From positions 22,175-86,174 of the forward strand of contig JAGVJJ010000040.1 of assembly GCA_020051175.1 (NCBI GenBank): 64,000 bases of DNA, in the 5' to 3' direction. Position numbers and translations under genes: made by a program. This stretch comes from Bacteroidia bacterium (lineage in GTDB: Bacteria > Bacteroidota > Bacteroidia > 2-12-FULL-35-15). Below the pieces are notes generated by a model. The model saw only the letters and a program-made list of their open reading frames with translations. It searched no databases and was not told the origin of the DNA. This document shows, piece after piece, positions 36,156 to 44,316 of the stretch. Position 1 is the stretch's first letter. Each line of letters starts with the position of its first letter.

Positions 36156-37253
36156 CTACACTTTCACCTGTGCCACCTGCGGCACCGGATTTTTTGCATT
36201 TTGTATGGACAGCTGCTGTGCTACTTTTGCAGCCATATCCATAAATGCCAATGCCTGTGGAGTGTTTTCCTGAAGCACTGCAGGTCTTCCTGCGTCACCC
36301 GCTTCACAAATGCTTTGAACAAGTGGTATCTCGCCAAGGATCGGTACATCCAACTCTTCAGCTAATTTTTTAGCGCCCTCCTTACCAAAAATATAGTATT
36401 TATTATTTGGCAATTCAGCTGGTGTAAAGTAAGCCATGTTCTCCACTATGCCTAAAACAGGCACATTGATGGATGGCAGACGGAACATGCTCACACCTTT
36501 TTGTGCATCGGCTAGGGCCACCTGCTGAGGTGTGCTTACAATCACAACGCCATTCAAAGGCACAGAACCTACTAAGGACAAGTGAATATCGCCTGTACCC
36601 GGAGGCAGGTCAATAATAAGATAGTCCAGTTCGCCCCAGTCCGCATCGGAAAACATCTGCATCAATGCTTTTGAAGCCATAGGCCCCCGCCATACAATGG
36701 CTTGTGATGTATCTGCGAAAAAGCCGATGGACAATAGTTTTACGCCATAGCTTTCTACTGGGATAATTTTATTTTTACCATCAACAGTTTTAATCATGGG
36801 TTTTTCATGAACCACGTCAAACATAATGGTTTGTGAAGGACCATAAATATCGGCATCTATTAACCCTACGGAAGCGCCCATTTGTGCTAGTCCCAGCGCC
36901 AGGTTGGAAGCAATGGTTGATTTCCCCACTCCGCCTTTTCCGGATGCAACACCTATAATGTTTTTAACACCTGGCAGCAAAGGCTCGCTGCTGCTGCGTG
37001 ACGATACATTGGACGACATCTTCACGTTCACATTTGCTTCTTTATCTACAAAATGCAAAACAGCATTTACACACGCCTTGTGGATCATATCTTTCATTGG
37101 GCAGGCAGGGGTGGTAAGCACCACGGTAAAGCTTACATCCTTACCATTCACTTCCAGGTCCTTAATCATTCCCAGCGTTACCAAATCTTTTTTCAAATCC
37201 GGATCATCCACATTTTTTAATGCTTCCAAAACGGCTTCTCTTGTAATACTCAT
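36156..37253 (-). CDS. apbC: Mrp/NBP35 family Fe-S cluster carrier ATPase
   Basis: N-terminal DUF59/MIP18-like domain. Walker A GKGGVGKST. CPxC-like motif region. Confidence 0.9.
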   Translation of the reverse strand: MSITREAVLEALKNVDDPDLKKDLVTLGMIKDLEVNGKDVSFTVVLTTPACPMKDMIHKACVNAVLHFVDKEANVNVKMSSNVSSRSSSEPLLPGVKNIIGVASGKGGVGKSTIASNLALGLAQMGASVGLIDADIYGPSQTIMFDVVHEKPMIKTVDGKNKIIPVESYGVKLLSIGFFADTSQAIVWRGPMASKALMQMFSDADWGELDYLIIDLPPGTGDIHLSLVGSVPLNGVVIVSTPQQVALADAQKGVSMFRLPSINVPVLGIVENMAYFTPAELPNNKYYIFGKEGAKKLAEELDVPILGEIPLVQSICEAGDAGRPAVLQENTPQALAFMDMAAKVAQQLSIQNAKNPVPQVAQVKV

Positions 37254-37466
37254 TTTTTTTAGCTTAAATTTTTTATAGTATGTAAAGATACAAAAAAAGA
37301 AGCTACCTCCTGTGGAATGGTTTTGTGCCTTGAACTTTGGCCGGATTGTATTACTGTACCGGCAAATGCCTGTGATACCCGATTTATGGTATTTAATTCT
37401 GCCGACATACTTTTTTTAACAATGTGCCGTTATGTTAAAAATTCAAAACAAAAGATATACTGAGTC

Positions 37467-38378
37467 ATGAAAAAAATGAAAAACTGCTTCGTAATAGTTA
37501 TGTGTATGGGCATAACCACAGTATTTGGTCAAAATAATACAGGTGCCCAGCAGCCTCCTGCAAAGGAGAAAAAGATCAAAGTTACGGATGCATCCATCAT
37601 GGGTGGTTTTATGAACATGGAAGCGAGTGTTTATGGTTCATTAACAGACTTTCAGCTTCTGAACCCACAATCGTTAATATTGAATGAGAATATGGATGGT
37701 TATTCCTCGGGTTATGGCTATGGGGGATATACTTATGATTTTAGGTTAGGTGCTCTCAATAGTGGTCTGTTTGGTGCTAATTTGGGCTTAAGCTTTAAAG
37801 AAAAACCAAAGTCGCTTACGCAGATAAGGGTTGGAGTTGCTGTATCTGGTACATCGGTCAGCAATTTTATTTCAAGGACCGATCGTAGTCCGTATGACAC
37901 ACTTACTTCCTCACAGACTGGTCAGACCATTTACCAGGATTCTATTACTTATCATTCCTACAGTATGGAATACCGTGCAAGGCAGCTGAAACTGGACGTT
38001 TCCCTTATTTACCGCATGTATCCTTCGGCAAGGTGGTCAATGTATGGTGGGATAGGATTACAGGCCGGAACATCTTTATCTGCATATTCAGATATCAATT
38101 ATAATGAATATGTTGTTATTGAAGGCCAGGAATCCAACGGAAGCTATGATGCCAGCGTTAGACGTTCTGAAAGGTTCAAAAATAAAAATGTTCAGGAGTT
38201 TGTGGCTTATATACCGGTAGGCGTAGACTTCAGGCTTGGGAAAAGAAAAGAGTTTCTAAAACAAATACACCTTTTTACAGAGATCCGTCCTTATGTAAGT
38301 GTACTGAATATTCCTGAATTGGGCTCTTTTTCAGGTTTGGGCATGCAACAGGTATTGGGATTGAGGGTTACGATATAA
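37467..38378 (+). CDS. hypothetical outer-membrane (beta-barrel-like) protein
   Basis: Signal peptide MKKMKNCFVIVMCMGITTVFGQ. Alternating Gly/aromatic-rich strands. C-terminal aromatic residue region. Confidence 0.45.
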   Translation: MKKMKNCFVIVMCMGITTVFGQNNTGAQQPPAKEKKIKVTDASIMGGFMNMEASVYGSLTDFQLLNPQSLILNENMDGYSSGYGYGGYTYDFRLGALNSGLFGANLGLSFKEKPKSLTQIRVGVAVSGTSVSNFISRTDRSPYDTLTSSQTGQTIYQDSITYHSYSMEYRARQLKLDVSLIYRMYPSARWSMYGGIGLQAGTSLSAYSDINYNEYVVIEGQESNGSYDASVRRSERFKNKNVQEFVAYIPVGVDFRLGKRKEFLKQIHLFTEIRPYVSVLNIPELGSFSGLGMQQVLGLRVTI

Positions 38379-38819
38379 GAAGTCGTTGCCTTTGACTAGC
38401 GACTGTTTTGTAAAAGCGGATTTTTATGCGGAAAAGTTAATCAAGTTAACCGCAAAACAAATAAAGACAATTCTAAATCATCACGAATCTTACAAATCTT
38501 CTAAATATCCCGACACCGGAGAATCTGGTATGGGTCACTTTAGTAGTTATTAGACTTATTTCATAATTTAGAAATACAAAAATTGAACGCTGATTTTTTA
38601 TGATTCCTATGATGAACGCTGATAAAAATATTAACAAATCATAATAATCTGCGTCATCAGCGTTCCACAATAATCAATTATGAAATAGGTTTATTATGAA
38701 ATTACTCCCGGGTACCTAATTATAAAGGCTTTCTGGGACAATCTGCAAAACCCAAAAATTCTTTTTGACTTGCTAAAAATATAGAGTGTTGTTTGTTAAG
38801 AGGTTTGAGTTTGTAGCTC

Positions 38820-41393
38820 TTACTTCTTAACAACCTTCAATGAGCTTGCAGCTGTATTGCTGATGGCCCTGAATGTATATACTCCTTTGGCCATTCTCAA
38901 CTCCCCGGTATTTATTAAAACAGTATGTGTTCCTGCGGCATAATCAGCAGTATTCTCCCAAACCGTTTTACCCAGCATATCGGTTAATACCAATGTCAAT
39001 GCCTGTTCGGTTTTTTGTGAAAAGCAAAGCGTGAGCATTTCCCCTGCAGGGTTGGGGTATGCAGATATGCTGATGCTGTTCCCGTTCTCATCAATACTTG
39101 CATTCACATCGGCCAATATCCCGTCAGAAGTGCAGATGCTGCTCAATCCCGCACCATTCTCTGTTTTTATGCTGATGTAATACATCTGGCCCGTGGTAAG
39201 TGTCAGCCCCGATGCGGTTGCAGAGGTGTTTAAATTATTGTCTGTCCAGGTCACAACATCCGTTGCTCCGGCACTGGTTCCTATAGCGTACCAATACTTT
39301 GTTACCCCCGAATGTGTATCAGTAGAGGTTGTCCAGCTTGCAGAAAGGGAGGACAGAACGCCTGTGGTATCAATATCAATAGACGATCCATCGTTAACGG
39401 TCATACAATTTGGTGCAGTCCAGTCCACATTCACATTTTCAAAAGCAATGGTAGAAAGGTTACCAACGGCATCACTCACAATGGATTTGATTTTTCCGGA
39501 ATACATGGATGGGTTTGGGTTCTGGTAGCGTATATCATTTGTGGGTGCCGGACCAACACTTACTGTTACAGATGCCGGCCTTGAGCGGTATACCTTCAGC
39601 TCCGTAATATGCGCCTTGCAATTGCCTGTACGGAAAGAGATATAATTCCCTTGTGTTGTTAGCACACTTGAATCTGTCCAGCTGCCGATAAGGTTATTAT
39701 CCCTGTATATAACCACTTTTCCGCTGATGCGATCGAAAGTAATCTTATAATCGTACCATTGATCCAGGTTGGTGGTAATGTTGTTGATGGTTTTAACAAC
39801 GGTGAAAACATCGTTCACCACTTTGTACAGCTCAATGGTGCTTGTTTCCTGCCTTACAAACATAAAATAAGAGTTGCCTCGGTTTGGCAAAGCAGCATTG
39901 TCACTGAAAAAGTGAAGCCCGAACCGGTGCTGGTTGCTGCCATCAGTAGCAGCCGACATCTTTGCATTGAACTGATACAAATAACGGTTGGATAAATTCT
40001 GGTTCAGCGAAGCGTAAACATTGCTGTTGTTAACCGATGTATCACTTTGTATCATTTCACCTGCCGTTACCTGCCACGTCCCGCTTGCCGAAGGCACTGT
40101 CCATACAGGGGTATTGTATGAATCAAAATTGTCTGCAAAAAAACCATTGGCAGCATTGGCATGCCATTCAGCGCCATCATAATCAATTACCTGGTAAAAG
40201 CTTTTTTCAAGACCGCTTCCGCCACCATTATCTGCATCGGTGAATGTGGTAGTAAAATTACTTCCAATCCAGCTGCCTGCAGAAGAAATAGCTGTTGTCG
40301 GTGCTACATTGTCGGTCGGCCCAGCATAATGGAACTTTACGGCATCAAACGCAATGTTCTGTGACGAAGAGCCGGTAGCATCGCCCAGGTAAACGTAGCT
40401 GGTTTGGCCGGCCGCCAGACTGTGTATCCCAAGAGATACCCATTGCCCGGCATTCTGACTCTGGTTAATAATAACTGTACTCACTCCGCTTGTATGGTGT
40501 ACCTTGTATTTGGCGTTGGTTGCTGTACAACCCGCGCCACCCGGTATGTAGGCAAAAATTTCATAGTTGCCTGCGGTGGAAAGTGTCGGTGTCCAGGTAA
40601 CAAAAGCAATATCATTGGTTGTTTCCGTACCGGTATACCAGTGGTGGTTATTGTATCCGGTGTTCGCATCGCGGTAGTATCCCTGTACGGCAGAATTCTG
40701 ACTGTTGTTGATGTGAAAACCGTGATTGTAAAATACATCATCAATAATAGTGTCATTGTAGTTCACTTCAGAACCAACAGCAGTAACTGTCCAGGCAACG
40801 GTATTTAAATTCTGGTTCCCATTGTTGTATCCCGGCCAGTCGTAGTGAGCGTTTTGCCCATTCTGGTTTGGCCAGGAGCCATTGTTCTTATTGCCGTAAG
40901 GATCATGGAAAATAATGGTATGCTGATTATTGATATACCCTATTGCAACAGTAAGGTGGCCGGCAGAGGTAAGCAGGTTGCAGATAGGGAAAGGGTTGCC
41001 ATTGTTTACCTGCGTAAGCACTTTGGTATAATTATCAGCAAATTCCTGAACGGAGGTCATGTAATGCTTTGTAATGTACGATTGCATTTTTGAGGAAGGC
41101 GAGTAAGAGCCCGTCCACATGAAGCCATAACCGCCCCAGGCGTTGTCGCCACCGCTGGTAGGAGATAAATCATCAAAATAATACTGGTTCAGGCGGTATT
41201 TATCTGCCACATAAGCCCCGTAATTGCTGGTGTGGTTACCGGCACCATTGCTTGTGATAATTGGCCATTTAGGTATCTTGTTGTAATATGCTGCCACCAT
41301 AATGGAAGAAGTTGGAGCGCAGGACCCATAGCCATAGTGCCATTCCGGGGTATCGTACACCTGGTTGATATAAGGTACTGTTCCGGGAACCAT
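38820..41393 (-). CDS. C39-like (papain-fold) cysteine peptidase domain protein with a T9SS C-terminal sorting domain; apparent 3' part of a frameshifted gene
   Basis: VPYINQ...YGSCAPTSSIMVAAYY is the catalytic Cys context and SAGHLTVAIGY the His. C-terminal ISAYPNPAGEMLTL...GVYTFRAIS is a T9SS domain. No signal peptide, and the reading frame stays open upstream to a stop at 41472-41474 with no start codon. Confidence 0.6.
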   Translation of the reverse strand: MVPGTVPYINQVYDTPEWHYGYGSCAPTSSIMVAAYYNKIPKWPIITSNGAGNHTSNYGAYVADKYRLNQYYFDDLSPTSGGDNAWGGYGFMWTGSYSPSSKMQSYITKHYMTSVQEFADNYTKVLTQVNNGNPFPICNLLTSAGHLTVAIGYINNQHTIIFHDPYGNKNNGSWPNQNGQNAHYDWPGYNNGNQNLNTVAWTVTAVGSEVNYNDTIIDDVFYNHGFHINNSQNSAVQGYYRDANTGYNNHHWYTGTETTNDIAFVTWTPTLSTAGNYEIFAYIPGGAGCTATNAKYKVHHTSGVSTVIINQSQNAGQWVSLGIHSLAAGQTSYVYLGDATGSSSQNIAFDAVKFHYAGPTDNVAPTTAISSAGSWIGSNFTTTFTDADNGGGSGLEKSFYQVIDYDGAEWHANAANGFFADNFDSYNTPVWTVPSASGTWQVTAGEMIQSDTSVNNSNVYASLNQNLSNRYLYQFNAKMSAATDGSNQHRFGLHFFSDNAALPNRGNSYFMFVRQETSTIELYKVVNDVFTVVKTINNITTNLDQWYDYKITFDRISGKVVIYRDNNLIGSWTDSSVLTTQGNYISFRTGNCKAHITELKVYRSRPASVTVSVGPAPTNDIRYQNPNPSMYSGKIKSIVSDAVGNLSTIAFENVNVDWTAPNCMTVNDGSSIDIDTTGVLSSLSASWTTSTDTHSGVTKYWYAIGTSAGATDVVTWTDNNLNTSATASGLTLTTGQMYYISIKTENGAGLSSICTSDGILADVNASIDENGNSISISAYPNPAGEMLTLCFSQKTEQALTLVLTDMLGKTVWENTADYAAGTHTVLINTGELRMAKGVYTFRAISNTAASSLKVVKK

Positions 41394-42429
41394 GGTTTGG
41401 GATTGTGCTGCTTGCTGTGGTGATGGAGCAAGGCTTATAATTAAGACTGCCTGGGATCTGGTAAATGTTTCCTATTGCGGGTGCACCGTTTGATGTAAGG
41501 TGCAATGTATTTACAGATTTATAATTCAGGCTTTGGAAGATGATTCCATCGCCATAAGGTGCACAGGCTATTTCATAATTACCAGGCGAATTGGTAAGGT
41601 TGGTAATTCCTGTTCCATCGTAAAGCGCCTTGTAAATATCAGAACCTTCAAGTTTTAAATTACTGTTTTCCAGGCTGGTATAAATGAGGTGCCGGGAATC
41701 CTGCATCCAGGATGCGTAATATCCTGTTGCAATGGTATGTGTGGTTTGGTGTTCTATGTCGTACACACGTAGCAAGCCCGAAAGTGAAGAATAGAGTAGT
41801 TTGTTTCCGTCAGGTGACCATTGAGGATAGATATTTCCGTGCTCACCCGATGTAATTTTAAGTGTTTGGTTCGTAGCCAGGTTTAGCAAAAAAAGCTGGT
41901 CATAATTATCATTATAGCAAACAAAATTACCATCCGGTGAAATGGGGGCTATATTCACATAAGTGCCTAAAGGATAACGCTGCTCCGTTCCCGAATGTTT
42001 AATAATTAGATCATTACCAATAGTATAGGCAATTTTTCCGTTGTTTGAAAAACTGACTTGCCCGCATACATCTACCGGACTATTTAAAAACGTAACTTGT
42101 TGATTATGAATATTTAGTAGCGCTGGTGCCTGTTTTCCATCGGTCTGAATGTATTTAAACCCGATACTCTTTTTATCAGGGGATAAATGCATGTACCTGC
42201 CACAACCCGGGGAGCTGAACAATGGTTTATAGCTGCCTTCATCAAAAAGATAAATGCGCGAAGCAAAATTGTCGGTTGAAACTATACCGTCCGGTGTTGG
42301 CAGGAACGTGGTAAAATATCCATCGGCTTCGGCTGCATATGCATCAAATGCGCTTGTGTTTTCCTGTGAATTGGCTGTATTCAGCCCGATAAAAAATGAA
42401 AGAGCAAGGAAAGGTAATTGTATTCTCAT
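41269..42429 (-). CDS. signal peptide plus TolB-like beta-propeller; apparent 5' part of the same frameshifted T9SS gene
   Basis: MRIQLPFLALSFFIGLNTANSQE is a signal peptide. WD40-like propeller repeats (PQWSPDGNKLLY). The last 50 codons or so read as nonsense and overlap the downstream ORF in another frame. Confidence 0.6.
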   Translation of the reverse strand: MRIQLPFLALSFFIGLNTANSQENTSAFDAYAAEADGYFTTFLPTPDGIVSTDNFASRIYLFDEGSYKPLFSSPGCGRYMHLSPDKKSIGFKYIQTDGKQAPALLNIHNQQVTFLNSPVDVCGQVSFSNNGKIAYTIGNDLIIKHSGTEQRYPLGTYVNIAPISPDGNFVCYNDNYDQLFLLNLATNQTLKITSGEHGNIYPQWSPDGNKLLYSSLSGLLRVYDIEHQTTHTIATGYYASWMQDSRHLIYTSLENSNLKLEGSDIYKALYDGTGITNLTNSPGNYEIACAPYGDGIIFQSLNYKSVNTLHLTSNGAPAIGNIYQIPGSLNYKPCSITTASSTIPNHGSRNSTLYQPGVRYPGMALWLWVLRSNFFHYGGSILQQDT

Positions 42430-42789
42430 CCGTAAAAAATTAAGTTTTTACTAGTACCTGTAAGGTAAATATAAAACATTAAAATCCAAAAGTCAATAAA
42501 AGGGGAAGGAAGTTGTGGACCAGAGGGTTTGTTTGGATGTAATTGATTGATATACAGTATTTTGCTGGATTTTTCGATTGAGCCTAGAGTACTTCGAACG
42601 AAAATAAGTCTACCTACGTTTCTCGACCAGCTCGCGCATGACATTAAAACGTTATAGATTTGTTAGGTGCAACCCAATGACGACCGATAGAGCAACTTTT
42701 AACCGTTAGAAAAATGACCCGAAATGTCCACCGTTCAAAAAGTCATTTTTTTGCTAACGTACTTGACAGCGTTTCGACATTAAAACATA

Positions 42790-43025
42790 TCTTAACCGAC
42801 TGAAAAAAGAGCCTAGAATTGTAAACAACGACTTTGAATTGCCTATAAAAATTACTTCACAAGACCAAGAAAAAGAAACGGAGATTTTAGTAAACCAAAT
42901 CTTAGTTATTAAAAAACAAAACCCATCTGCCCGACACAATAGGTTTAGAAAAAACAATAGACCAATTGGTTTATCAACTTTACGAATTGACAGAAGAAGA
43001 AATTAAAATTATTAAAAACACATAA
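42790..43025 (+). pseudogene. 3'-terminal fragment of a restriction-modification N6-adenine DNA methyltransferase (type IIG/IIS-like), frameshifted
   Basis: Two frames together read FELPIKITSQDQEKETEILVNQILVIKKQNPSA and DTIGLEKTIDQLVYQLYELTEEEIKIIKNT*. This is the characteristic C-terminal tail of Eco57I/MmeI-family and PglX-like methyltransferases. No upstream body of the gene is present. Confidence 0.5.
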
Positions 43026-43034
43026 TGAAAGACA

Positions 43035-43478
43035 ATGACCAAAGAAACCGCCATCAAACTGTTTGAAGAAAAGCAGGTTCGTTCTGTATGGGATGTTGAG
43101 CAGGAGAAATGGTATATATCTATTGTAGATGTAATTGCCGTGTTAACCGAAAGCATTGACCCTAATGCATATTGGAGAAAGTTAAAACAAAGACTTAAAG
43201 AAGAGGGAAACGAAACCGTGACGAATTGTCACGGTTTGAAAATGCAAGCTGCAGATGGCAAGATGCGAATGACCGATGTAGCCAACACCGAACAACTTTT
43301 CCGCCTGATTCAATCTGTCCCATCATCTAAAGCTGAACCTTTTAAACTGTGGTTAGCACAAGTGGCATCTGAACGATTAGACGAAATGCAAGACCCGGAA
43401 TTGAGCATAGATAGAGCGTTGGAACAATATCTGAAATTGGGCTATTCAGATTGCACAGATGTATTTTTATGTAATTAA
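43035..43478 (+). CDS. Bro-N domain protein (DinD/antirepressor-like)
   Basis: LFEEKQVRSVWDVEQEKWYISIVDVIAVL...EPFKLWLAQV fits the Bro-N pattern. Confidence 0.55.
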   Translation: MTKETAIKLFEEKQVRSVWDVEQEKWYISIVDVIAVLTESIDPNAYWRKLKQRLKEEGNETVTNCHGLKMQAADGKMRMTDVANTEQLFRLIQSVPSSKAEPFKLWLAQVASERLDEMQDPELSIDRALEQYLKLGYSDCTDVFLCN

Positions 43479-44148
43479 AAATCTGTACGAAAAAAATTCA
43501 CAACTTTTAGTTAGCAACCAGGAAGTTTTAAAGGTTACAAGAAATGCAGAAGATTTCAGAGCAGCAAAAGAAGTCGTTAATGGTTGGTTTATAGAATCAA
43601 ACACAGACAGCAATTCAAAATTCATTGTTTTAAAACGACTACTTACATTGTTTGAAATGGAAGATGAGCTTTTAATTAAGTATTCATCAAATGGAGAAAG
43701 CAAAACAGAACCAAACCGTTTTAGCATAAGAAAAAAATATTGGCACCAGTTATTACCGCTTTTAGATGGCACTAATTTGTTTGACAATGTTAGTCCATCA
43801 AAAGACCATTGGTTGAGCACAGGTGCTGGCATTGGCGGCTTGGCTTATACTTTAATCATTACTAAATCACACGTTAGAATTGAATTAGGTATCTCTACAT
43901 CGAGTAAAGAGAAAAATAAAGCCTATTTCAAAAAACTATTAAAAAACAAAGAAGCAGTTGATCAATCATTTGGCAAACCATTAGACTGGGAAGAATTGGC
44001 TGACAACAAAATGAGCCGAGTAAAATTTGAGTTGCAAGACGTAAGCCTGTTTAACGACAACCATTGGGAAAGAATGAATCAGTTTTTCGTTGAGTATTTA
44101 CCAAAGTTTGAAAATGCTTTCAGACCATTTGTTAAAAACTTAAAATAA
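43459..44148 (+). CDS. DUF4268 domain-containing protein
   Basis: HWLSTGAGIGGLAYTLIITKSHVRIELGISTSSKEKNKAYFKKLL...FGKPLDWEEL matches DUF4268. Overlaps the Bro-N ORF by 20 nt in another frame, so either coupled translation or a frameshifted fusion. Confidence 0.55.
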   Translation: MYFYVIKNLYEKNSQLLVSNQEVLKVTRNAEDFRAAKEVVNGWFIESNTDSNSKFIVLKRLLTLFEMEDELLIKYSSNGESKTEPNRFSIRKKYWHQLLPLLDGTNLFDNVSPSKDHWLSTGAGIGGLAYTLIITKSHVRIELGISTSSKEKNKAYFKKLLKNKEAVDQSFGKPLDWEELADNKMSRVKFELQDVSLFNDNHWERMNQFFVEYLPKFENAFRPFVKNLK

Positions 44149-44316
44149 AACAGACACTTATGCCAACGCTTCACCGCCACACACATTGCCAATTCGCACA
44201 AGTGCTCACCCAACGCGCATACCAAAACTTGGCAAAGAGTGAGTCTGTCCAGCCGCACAATCAGCAGACAATCACAACAAAATCGGTTTAAATTAAGTTC
44301 CGGGAGGAGGCGCCTA

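Noticed and set aside
38473-38670. 65-aa minus-strand ORF in the convergent intergenic region between 37467-38378 and 38820-41393
   Set aside because: The region is dominated by an inverted repeat, TGATGAACGCTGAT...ATCAGCGTTC, that likely forms a terminator hairpin. The ORF has no signal or motif and is probably non-coding.
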